DNA of 64,000 bases from Balanoglossus misakiensis. Lineage: Eukaryota; Animalia; Hemichordata. The DNA lies in the NCBI GenBank assembly GCA_040954595.2, contig CM082593.2, forward strand, positions 7,662,043 through 7,726,042, in the 5' to 3' direction. Of this stretch, positions 13,919-25,800 are shown in pieces (position 1 is the stretch's first letter; each line of letters starts with the position of its first letter). The notes under the pieces are model-generated. The model had not been told where the DNA came from and did not search any database. It saw nothing but the letters and a program-made list of their open reading frames with translations. The position numbers and the translations under genes are program-made.

Positions 13919-16900
13919 TCAAAAACTCGATGTAGAAATTTGTCTTCTGACTGGATGACCACACTTGCAGTAGACAACAGGGCTTCCAAGTGATGAAATT
14001 TCTGTTTTTAGGGGGCAGTTACCGCACTGATACTTTTTCAACTCTGTTACATCAAAAGCATTGCAGCCATTTTGAAAGTTGAAACCAACAAAGAATTCCA
14101 CACGTGTGTGTTCAAATCTCCTTCCATGAAGACTGCCTGCTCTTGGAACAAAGAAGCATTTGATGGTTTCAACGCCCTTCAACTTGCCAATGTCCATGTC
14201 AATTTCACCTGATGTACTTGTCTGACTTTTTCTTATTGTACCAGTCTGTCTGGAAAGAAGGGAGCGCACTTTATCACTCTCTTTCCAAGATCGGGAATCA
14301 TAGTTCCATTCGCCCAGTTCAAATTTATGAACAAGACGACGAATACCACTTCTTGATTCCACACCAAGCCATTCATTAGTACGACGTGGTTTGCTAACAA
14401 ACCGTTTTGCCCTTTCTAAAAGGTCCTTAAATCTCAAAGATTCAGCAAAACATTCTCTGGAACCTGACTGACCTTTGCTACCTAGTGCAAGCACAGTTAG
14501 CAATACATAACAGTAGTAGATTGCATAGGGTGAGTTAAACCTATCATGCCACAGCCGAACTCTCCTCAGTACTTCTTCTATTGCATAGACTTTTGACACC
14601 AGTTTGTGTCTTACAGCATGAAGCCATTCTTTCATATCTTCATCAATTGTTTTGACTGGTATACCTCTATCAAACACATCCTCCATATTTTCCTCATACA
14701 AAGAAATGATGTCTTCTAAATCACCCAGTTCGCTTACATTATCCATGTGGAGTTGAGCTCTTGTCTGCACATTCCTGTTGTATTTTATCCTGTATGCTGC
14801 AATTTTGCCCCTCCTCCCATTAATGGAACTTGTGTCATACCATGAACATAATGCTAGATTAACATCCTCGAACAAGACGTAATACCAATCTCGACATTTG
14901 AAAAATTGTTCGCTTACAGGTAATCCATCATAGCATTCTCGCAGAAGCATATCAATAGCTGAGAGTGATTCCTCAACAAACGAATCTACACAAGCTCCTT
15001 TCACAAAAGTGTGATATCCACCTTCAAAATTCTTCTCAATGAACTCAAGCAATTGGAGCCTTACTTCCATTTCATGAACATATGAGACTTCATCTTCGAA
15101 ACCCTCTTTGGTGTACTCTCTACACTTCTGAAATGCATCGCACGCTATCTTTGTCAAGTGAATGGACTCACTAACCAATCCTTCCAAGTCACTGTCTTTC
15201 TGAAAATTACTGGTTGTCCCCAATCTGCCAATTAACTTTGACAGCTCTCGCACAAAGACCAGGCCAAGCATGTCATATATACGTGTTAACTGAACATCCT
15301 TTAAGCCTTCATCTGAGCATGCAGAGCTCTCACTTGAATCCAGACCAGATGCCCCGCGGTGGCTTGCATGCTTACTACATTCCTCCAGCCTGATTTTAAT
15401 GGCTTCATACATAAGCTCCTTTGCTTTTTGAAAGTCCTCTCTCTCATTGGCATAGAACCTGCCAAGATGAGCAAGTGAACTGGGATCTTTCGGAAAGTTT
15501 TGTGACAAGAGGCTGAGTACATGTAGTCTTTCAGTGAACGGGGGTTTGGAGACAATATCCATAATAATTCGTGAATAAGTCGAACGCTTGAAGTGACTTA
15601 TTTGCCCACTGTAGTGAGTTTCTCTGTTGTTGCGGAAGAAGAAAGTGGCTCTCATTATGTTCATTATTTCAGGAGATATTGCCTGAATTTTGTCATGCCT
15701 ACATCCTGCTTCTTCAATAAACTGACATGCAAAGTTCTCAAGACCCTTCCTAGCATCCAATGAAAGTGATACTGAACTTTCTCTTTTATGCTCACTTGGG
15801 CAAAGAATTTGTTCTAATATTTCTTTAGCCACAGCATGCAGATTAATTCTCCAACCATTCTCAGTTTCACATACAAACTTCTTGGCCTTAAACGGAAGCT
15901 TTACCACAGACTTTTCACTGACTTCCAGTATTCTACAGAAAAACTGCCCTGGAATATGCATTTGGCCATAGTAATACACAAATGCCAGATATCCTATGAC
16001 CCGTTGCCATGCTGTCAATTCTTTGGATGGGTCAATATTCAGGTACCCTGCAACATACGACTGTGTGCCTCTAAATTCATAGTCATATGCAGTCAATCCA
16101 AATTCATACACGCAATGGGGATTTCTTCCCTGTGTCACATCAGTCAAGAGCTCCTTCAACCCTAGTTTTGCTTTCCGTGGACAATTTCCAGAAAATACTT
16201 TCTCAAGACATATTGCTTCGTTGCCACTAACTTCATCTTTAAGCCATACCTTATTACCCTGGACTGCCTTTGTAATGGGACCAACATATCGTTGGACATA
16301 GAGAATGACAACTGGTACTTCTCTTGAGCATACATTCAACAACCGTGTCACGCCAGAGATATCCTTGTAAATAAGGCTGTCTATGAGGACAAGCACTGGT
16401 AAGTAGGTTTTATCGTGGAGCCAACTGATTCTTTGAGCAACCTCAGCCATCATAACTTCTGAGGATTCAGTAGTAACACAGACACATGGGCAGATTCTTT
16501 CTAAATGTATGTCCCATAGCAACCTTCTTCCAACAGTGGTACCCCCAGACCCTGGAGCATGGTATAGTGAGCTAACAAGTGACCTGCCTTTCCTGATATT
16601 GTCTTGAACAAGGTATTTCAGCTTGGAATATATCTCTCTTTCTATATCAAAAAGATGTAGTTTGACCTCATACCACGGTAAAAAACCTCCCCTGAGGAAT
16701 TCTTTCCCCAAATCTTCCTCATTTACGCTTGCGGACTTGTGATCATAGTCCAAGTATAAGACATCAAAGAATTCTTTCAGCCAGGCAGCATCTTTGGGGG
16801 CAATCTGTGTCTCAATCATCTGCTCTTCCATGAGTGCGGGTAGTTTAAACAGGCCCCCCTGCTTTTCATCTTTCAGTTCTTCCCACAATCTTAGACAGAG

Positions 16901-19900
16901 ATACTCAAATGGAATGTCATGTACGGATTCCTGTGGAACCTCTAGGTATTCAAAGTTGCGTTGTAGCATAGGTAATGCTTTACTAGACAATGAATCCTTA
17001 CTGTAACAAAACACCGACTTCAGAGCTGACATCCTCTCATCCAATTTCTCCAAAATGATTTTTAGACATGGCAGTAACATTTCAGATGAATACCACAATA
17101 CAACCACTGTCACAGGCTTTCTCCTGTGGGTAAATTCTGCTAACTTCTGACAATGTTGTTCAATCAATATGCCAATGGCTTTTCGCCATTCTCGCTCGCT
17201 AGTAGGGTTTCCTTCACGTGTATTGGAACCATTGACAAAGCACCACTCAGTTGCTTTATCAGATAACTCTTTCGGGTGATCATTACAATTTGAAATGTAA
17301 AGACTTCTTTTGTTCCTAAGTGGTTCTTCACAAACGGAAAACAATCCACTCTCACGACTTTCAGGGTCTAAGTCAAACACCTTTACCCATGGTATATTAC
17401 TAAGGGCAGCAACATATGGTGTCTCAATAGAACACGGGCCTGTTATCAAACAATATGCCCTGCCATCTTCAAAGTTATCTACACTTTCCATAAATTTTCC
17501 CCAAATATCAGATTTTATGCCAACATCTAAAGCAAACCCTGATGGACAGCCCTTTGTAAACCATGAATACACTTTCTGATTCTCCTCGGGGGATTTGGCA
17601 ACTTTGATCCCCGATCTAGAATCTCTGTAGAATACATCATTCAGTTCCCACAATCTATTACGATGACATTTTGTGGAATAAATCGGTGCTGTTGATGTAT
17701 GCGAGTTTGAAATTATGATCACCCCTACAGTCTTGCCATCTACCTGCTTTTCAATGTATTTGAAGGTTGGCCTTTCATTGAAAAAGCTGTCATTGAACAA
17801 GCTTTGGTAATATTCATCATCTGTAGACTGACTTAGACCAAGCATATCATGTGGTGGATGGGACTTTTCAACAACACCAAGAATAATGTAACTTATAGCA
17901 TGATTTGGAGTGTTCCAAAAGCTAACAAGATCTCTCATGAATTCCCCATCTTCATCCGTACGGTAACTGCCAGCTTTGTACTGTATATAGCTATTTTCAC
18001 AGTGTCTAAGCAAATGAGAAAATGTTTCCTCACATGTCAGATTGTAGTCTTCCAGTATGTTAATTACATCCTCATTTGATTCATCTTTCAATAACTGGCT
18101 TTCATCAACCCTTTGTGGCACATTTAAGGAGACATTATGTGCTCTTATACAAATCGGGCCTTGTTGTTGAACAGATATGCCCATACATGCCTGTTGCTCT
18201 GTGCTAGTTGTAGGAACATATGCAAATTGTTCAACCACACTTTGACCCTTCATGCCATACTGGTTTTTAATCTTAACTGCTGATGATGGTGCTTTTGCCA
18301 GTTTTTGCTTTCTCGTATATCTCTTCCAAGCATATTTGGGTTTACCATTGCTACCAATATTTGATTTTGACTTTTTACTATACATCCCCTTTCCCGTCCC
18401 GCCCCTGCCTTTTCTATATGAAGGAATTTTACTTTGCATCACTTTCCCTTCCAATTTGTGACTTTTAGGAATGCCAGATTTATGAGGTTTCTGTTTTCGC
18501 ACAACCTCCCATTCACAAGAGTCTTTATCAGAATCAGAATCATCTTCAAATTTGGAACTATCAACACTTATACTACAGTTATCCTCAGATTCCTCATCTC
18601 TGTAATCTGTATCATCAGAATCATTCTCTTCAATGGAAAAATCTTCCGTTTCACTATACACATGAGATGTATTTTGGGATTCTATTGCAGGCATTTTCTT
18701 TTTTTGACGTCGGTATAATGCATGAACTACAACGCTTTGCCCTCTTTGAGCCAAAGTAAACCACTTTGGATGTTTTTCAAGAAAAGACTTCATACCCCCA
18801 TATCCGTGATCTTTAAACTTCTGTTTGTCTTTACCACTGCACTCTTTGTCAAAACTTGTTGCAAGTTCATTCAGGGTCATTGGTTTTGCATCTGGACGAT
18901 TTTCTGGGTTAACCAAGGAGTGAAGCAGCAGTAACAAATCTCCTTCTGTCATACCCGAAGATTTCCTCTGTCGAGCATCTGGAAATCCCACAACAATAGC
19001 TGAATTTTAGATTACACAGTCTCATTGAAACTCGGCCACAAATGGTGGACAATAGCATATTGCAATTGAAAGAGTATACGTGATGTACATATATATATAT
19101 TCATCCACCCTGAAGTAATTATTGTTACTCCTACGTAACGATTGCCCCTTTCATATTTTTTTTATGTTTGTAGTCACAAATTTAAAAAATATTTGGGAGC
19201 TGTTCTTAAAGAGTATTGACTTCAAAGAAATGTTTCAGTTTTACCATCATTTTGTTTTTTTTATGTTATTTTAAAGGAGTATGACTCACCCTATAGTCAG
19301 TTAGTTATAAAACATATTCAATGAAGAATGTGCAACAAAATCAATTTTCCTGAACATTTGTACAGCTAGCAAACAAGCTCTGTTTTCAAGAGAGCTTAAG
19401 TTGCCTTCTGAAAGAGGCACTTGGGATTACAATTGTGGCTTATGAATCTACTTGAAAACAAAATTCATCTTACCTGATTGATGACTAGCAGCTGCATCAG
19501 CTTGTCCAGCACTTTGTACAATGGTATTGTGGTCACCAACTTGAACATTTTCACAGTCTTGTATGACAAACATGGGTAGTTTTAACTGAGCACTTACTGC
19601 AAGACAAATTTAAAGTGCATCATGTAGAAGATAAATTGTTTCCATCTTGGGAATATCCTTCCAATATTACAGTTAAAGGTATATGGTCACGTATGGAAAT
19701 TTAGCTACAGACAGTTATCATGGCAAATTGAGATCTAGACAATTCTAGATTTTCATTGGGTGGCACACACGAATAAAAGAGAGCCATCATATGTTCTTTA
19801 GAAAACTTAAATACGCCATTTTGCCATTTATGGACATATTTAAATTGGAGGTGACTATGTACCTTTAACACATCCTTTATTCATTCAGCAATGTCACCAA

Positions 19901-22574
19901 TTACCAAGGACTTCTGCAATATGCAACAACAATCTACTGAATTAAACTTTTTACCAAAGTGTAAACAGCAATAATATGTTGCGATTACATTCTTCAAGTT
20001 GACGTAAACAGATACCAGACCAACTAAGTAGACCTTAGGGGTACTACACAGAGAAAGTTACATCAGTAAAGCAGTAAATACCTGTGGGCAAACTTGAACC
20101 GGTAGTCTCTTGATATCTTTCTCCATCTGCAGCGTCTAAAAAAATAAACAATAAACATTCCTTTCAATGAAAATCTATGAAAAACATTCCTTTCATACTT
20201 TAAATACCATGAACGCCATAAAATCAATGAATTTATAAATTAAACCACTTGTATTTACTGCTTTGTAACACCTATCGAAATCGACCACACCAAAATTTTA
20301 AGACAATGACAGTTACCTGCTACTTGTAGGTTATAGATTCCAAAGTTTTTAAAATTTGATTACATTAAAACAATTCCCCACTTATTAAATATCAACAACA
20401 GTTTATGATTCAGACTATAAAGCTTCAAAATTCAAGAGTGTTTAAATTTACAAATTACCTTTATCTGCACCACCTTTTAATCCGATATGATACCACACAT
20501 TGCTTTCAGCAATGACTTGTTGCTCTTTCAGTGTCAGTCCATCAACCAGCTGTGACAATCAAAACACAGGAAATATAGTTTTTTTCTTTATTGTGAAACT
20601 TTGCACATCAGAAAGATGACAAAATTGTTTTTAGAAATAATTCATAGGGAAAATACTATAATTATATTAATTGCTGTTATTGAGATTCACTGACCTTTTT
20701 GCCATTGCCAAGGAAAAAACTTCCACTCACAGAAACCTGTCGCTCATATTTCACAAGTTTCCGCAGACAGCTGGCAGAATCTTGTGGTTTTACAGAAACT
20801 GGAAAAATTCCACCTGGTAAGCCATGCAAATACAGTGTAAATGTCCTGCAAGGAGAAAAATCATCTTGCTGTGAGGAACGTTTCCCATACTGTTGCAAGT
20901 GAAGATAAGTCTTGGTAATTCTTACATTTTGATGATATACATGTATTATGAAGTAAAAGAAAGTATGCGTTAGATACAGCCCACATGAACTAATTATTCC
21001 CAACAACTGCTAGAAAATACTCAGTTTACTGTAAAAGTGCTGTCATTTTCTCCTAAAATAGGACAAGGATATCTAAAGAAAATTTCCTAATGAACAGACT
21101 TTGTTATATTGCTATAACACATTAAGAGTTATCTTACCTACAATTGACACTGCTGTCATGGTGATTATTCTCAACCATACACATAATACAAATTTCTCCT
21201 TTGGATTTAATAATCACAATTATTCATGCAGGCATTACTAAAATATAAATAAAAACAAACAACAATGAAATCAATGACACATATAACCATTTTATGAAGT
21301 GTACATGCTCTTGAATTTGAGTGGTAACCCTGTGGTATTCACATATGAAATGTTTAAGTACACTTCTGTAATTTGGAAATTACAATCTGGAAAATGCAGT
21401 ATTTATAAATTCTGCAAGTCTTATGTGTGATTAGGAGGGTCAATATAAATCAATTACCACGCCCCCTCAGGTTGTAAAGCTCTGGCAAACCGCACATAAT
21501 CCCCTACATTAACGCTCTCTGGGGTTACACTGACTCACGGTCACTCCACGCAGTGATTGACCACAGGGGGTGCTCCCTCCATGCTTTTATTGTGTGTTTG
21601 TTTGTTTTGTTGTCGTAATTGATTGGCATAATAAACAAATACATATTTGCCCGGAGAGGTTTCCCCAGACCCTCTTTCTGGAGTGCCCAACGGAAGAAGC
21701 AGAGGGCTCTGGGTAACCGAGACTATATCCCAAACATAATTTGCATTTGTGACCTCAGTAACCGCTCAATGACCTTACAAGAACAAGCCAATTATTAACA
21801 TAAAACTGATTTGAACACACATACATTATTCGGCCAACTGAACACACACAATTCGAGAATCTAGTAAAGTTAATTTCAGACTACATTAAGTTAATTCTAA
21901 CACATTAAAATTATTATAACATAGTTTTGACGAGAGCGGGCCTTTCAATTTAAATGTTACTATGTTGATTTGAAAAAAATGACGCAATGGCTTATGACGC
22001 AGCTCGCAGCCATGCAATAGTTGTGGAGTTGGGGTAGGATTTAGGCTAAGGATCGGCTTAAATTACCCTGACCCCGACCCTAACCATTCTATCCGACCCT
22101 AACCTTATTATTAGAACTGATTTGATGCCTGATTATACCCTTGCCTAACGTACCTAATAAACCCTGGGTATAAATCCCACGGACCGCGCCACAATTGCTA
22201 GCTAGGGACAAACCGAAAGTAAAAAAAAAGTGTTTGAAACACTTCTACGTAACATAATGCACCAAGATTCTGATCTATGTCGTTTGCATATAATCGTTGG
22301 CAACGAGCACATCCATTTTATCTCTGTATCAACATGAAACATCGGAAATCATTTTTTATGGTTGACCAAGGCAACTTGTGTGAGTAATATGGTATAAATT
22401 GGAAAGCAGACATGCGCACAAATAAAGGGCCCGCTATCCGGGATACGTCACGTACAATGTCGAGTACACTGCAATTGGACCTTTTTGTGTGCCATGGGCA
22501 CAGTCAAAAGCTCCAGACACATAAAAGACTGAGACTTACCTCCGCAAGCACACGGACGCCACTATTTCCGCCAT
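13919..22574 (-). CDS. SAMD9-family STAND NTPase with N-terminal ubiquitin-like, RHIM-like and LOTUS-like modules (~1844 aa)
   Basis: Exons 22574-22540, 20845-20695, 20549-20459, 20135-20082, 19596-19474 and 18999-13919. All introns are GT-AG with compatible phases (2,0,1,1,1); total 5535 nt. SAMD9-type motifs in the last exon: ENSYIQYK...SFWNT...YIILGV (AlbA_2/Schlafen-like), IPWVKVFDLDPES (SIR2-like), LYHAPGSGGTTVGRRLLWDI (Lys-less Walker A, cf. SAMD9 LYHHPGCGGTT), LPVLVLID (Walker B), AHLGRFY (TPR region), VEFFVGFNFQNGCNAFDV (OB-fold end). The last exon is secure; the first exon is less certain. Confidence 0.85.
19673..19868. mobile_element. TTAA-flanked MITE family B (AGGTATA..GTCAC termini), in an intron of the SAMD9-like gene
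   Basis: TTAAAGGTATATGGTCAC ... GTGACTATGTACCTTTAA. Homologous copies at 57183-57375 (inverted) and ~9335-9500; degenerate copy at ~44510-44630. Confidence 0.8.
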
Positions 22575-22660
22575 CGCGCCATCTTTGTCAGGTTTTCTCG
22601 GTATTTAGTACCGTAACCTCGTTTTCGATTTGCGTTTTGTGCCAGGTACAACAGTCTCTA
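22575..22660 (-). promoter_or_regulatory. Probable promoter / 5' region of the SAMD9-like gene
   Basis: CpG-richer patch with AAGATGGCG (YY1-type motif), directly upstream of a short exon that ends in a consensus GAG|GTAAGT donor at 22540/22539. Confidence 0.45.
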
Positions 22661-22825
22661 TGACTCCACACTCCTACGTGCCTTGAAAATCAGTCTGAGA
22701 CCTTTCCTCATATTTTGCTCGATTGTGACCTTGCAAAATTGTGAATGAAAGGGCGAAAATGTCTAAAATGTGACATTCCAAATGGCCGCCAATCCATATG
22801 TGTTAACTCTATACAGTTGAATTAA

Positions 22826-25800
22826 CACTTTCACTGCGTAGTTAATATATGCTAATGTATTCCTGTGTGTAGTTTCCTATGGTAAATTTAACTAATAAAC
22901 AATGTTTTACTTTACCCTCTCTATCTCTTGTAATATGAAAGTATATGCAACGATATTTCCAGCAAGTATATTTTATAAGACAACCAACATAATAAAACTG
23001 AAAAATGGTCACATGACCATTAATTGGTCATGTGACACTGGCAGCCATAATGGATTTCTGTCGAAATATGGTAAAAACAACAGATATTGTAATATAAGTG
23101 ACTGAAATACTGTATTTAATTCATTGTATCACAGCTGACAGACAAACATAGTCAAAAACAACTTCCCCCTGTATAAAAGGGAATAACAAGTGACTTTTGA
23201 GCAAGAAATTTGATCAAATTTATTAATGGACCATAAAAACAATTATCAAATTAAAGCTGCAAGCAGCATTGTCGGGCCCAAGCGCTGATCTTGAATTATA
23301 TATGCACAGTATGAATGAGAAGAAACATAATTTTCTATCGGGTGTATTATCTCATGACATAACAAGGGTGTATGTATTTTTGCTGCTGAAATAGGGTAAA
23401 GTAGGTCAAAGGTCACCTGAGGTCATCCAACATTTGGGCAAAAATTTTTGACCCATGCTGGGCCATGTCCAACAAAAACCAAAACTCTAGCTCTATTGGT
23501 TCGCGTGTAATTAGGTATGTGCATATTTAATGAGGTCAGCAGGTGTCACAGGTGAGCCAAAAATTTGGCTTTACATTTAGGTCCCATCCTGCCAAATGCC
23601 AAGGCTGTATCTGCTCTGGATGTTGAGATATGCGAAAGTAGGTCAAAGGTCACCAGAGGTCACCCAACATTTGGGCAAAAAATTTTGATCCCATACAGGT
23701 CCATGTCCAACAAAAACCAAACCTCTAGCTCTATTGGTTCGCCTGTAATTAGCTATGCACATAATTAATGAGGTAAGCAGAGGTCAAAGGGGTCATGGAA
23801 AGTAGCAAAATATTTTGATCACACACTTATCCACATGCATCAAAAACCAAACATCTAGCCCTATAGGTTAGCCTGGAATTAGATATGCAGAAATAATAAC
23901 ATGTGAAAAGTAGGTCAAAGGTCATGTGAAAAATCGCCAAAAATTTGTAACATATTTTAGTCACATGACGATTGATATCCATACAAAGAATTTCTATGCT
24001 ATCAATGTTTAGAGTAGAAAAAGGAATTTCAATTTTTCAATGCTTTTTACAAAATCCAATATGGCCGCCATAATCTTCCACCAATCACAATGTTCTTTGC
24101 AAACTTGATAGACAGCAGTGTAGTGACCATACTCGCCGAATCTTGTGACTCAGTTATCGCCCGTTCTGGAGAAGAAGATTTGGGGAGTTTTACTATGGTT
24201 TTTCGAAAATCCAATATGGCCGCCATAATCTTCGACCAATCAAAATGATCTTCGCAAACTTGATAGACCTCAGTTAGGTGACCCCATACCCCAAACCGCG
24301 TGACTCTGTTATCGCCGGTTCTGGAGAAGAAGATTTTTGAAATTTTGACCAGATTTCAGAAAAACAACTGTAGCAAAAAAACTGCAACATTGACAGCAAA
24401 ATATCCAATTACAAAAATGATGGGCAGAAGGTACACTACCAGCACGCCAAATCTGAAGTAAATCTGACTTGTAGTTTCTGAGATCTGAGATTTGCATTTT
24501 TTCAGAAAATCCAATATGGCCGCCATGTCACGTGACTAATTAAAAATTCATGGGTTCAATGCACGACTACTCATTGACCTTGACCACTGTAGCAAGTTTG
24601 AGAACTGTACCTGCAGCGGTGTCTGAGATCTAGAGCGATAAAAAATGGACAGGAGAATAAAGAAAGAAAGAAAGAAAGAATTAAAGCTGCGAGCAGCATT
24701 GTCGGGCCCAAGCGCTGATCTTGAATTATATATGCACAGTATGAATGAGAAGAAACAGAATTTTCTATCGGATGTATTATCTCATGACATAACAAGGATG
24801 TGTGTATTTTTGCTGCTGAATTAGGGTGAAGCAGGTCAAAGGTCATCTGAGGTCACCCAGCATTTGGGCAATTTTTTTTATCCATACTGGTCCATGTCCA
24901 ACAAAAACCAAAACTCTAGCTCTATTGGTTCGCCTGTAATTAGGTATGTACATATTTAATGAGGTCAGCAGGTGTTACAGGTGACCCAAAAATGTGGCTT
25001 TACATTTTGGTCCCATCCTACCAAATGCCATGGCTGTATCTGCTCTGGATGCTGAGATATGCGAAAGTAGGTCAAAGGTCACCAGAGGTTACCCAACATT
25101 TGGGCAAAAAATTTTGATCCCATACTGGTCCATGTCCAACAAAAACAAAACCTCTAGCTCTATTGGTTCGCCTGTAATTAGTTATGCACATAATTAATGA
25201 GGTCAGCAGAGGTCAAAGGGGTCATGAAAAGTAGCAAAATATTTTGAGCACACACTAATCCACATGCATCAAAAACCAAACGTCTAGCCCTATAGGTTAG
25301 CCTGGAATTAGATATGCAGAAATAATAACGCGTGATAAGTAGGTCAAAGGTCATGTGAAAAATCGCCAAAAAATTGTAACATATTTTAGTCACCTGACGA
25401 TTGATATCCATAAAAAGAATTTGTATGCTATGAATTTTTAGACTAGAAAAAGGAATTTCAATTTGTCACTGCTTTTTACAAAATCCAATATGGCCGCCAT
25501 AATCTTCGACCAATCACAATGCTCTTTGCGAACTTGATAGACATCAGTGTAGTGACCATACTCCCCGAATCTTGCGACTCAGTCATCACCCGTTCTGGAG
25601 AAGAAGATTTTTGCAGTTTTACTATGGTTTTTCGAAAATCCAATATGGCCGCCATAATCTTCGACCAATCACAATGATCTTCGCAAACTTGATAGATATC
25701 AGTTAGGTGACCACATACCCCAAACCCCGTTACTCGGTTATCACTGGTTCTGAAGAAGAAGATTTTTGAAATTTAAGCCAGATTTCAGAAAAAAAATTGT

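Noticed and set aside
18120-18190. Second RHIM-like stretch (GISVQQQGPICIRAHNVSLNV)
   Set aside because: It lacks the (V/I)Q(V/I)G core; too weak to call.
13919-18991. Intronless 1690-aa ORF as a bacterial (Avs-like) horizontal transfer or contaminant starting at GTG
   Set aside because: It is preceded by a splice acceptor and in-frame spliceosomal exons. A single large coding exon is also normal for animal SAMD9 genes.
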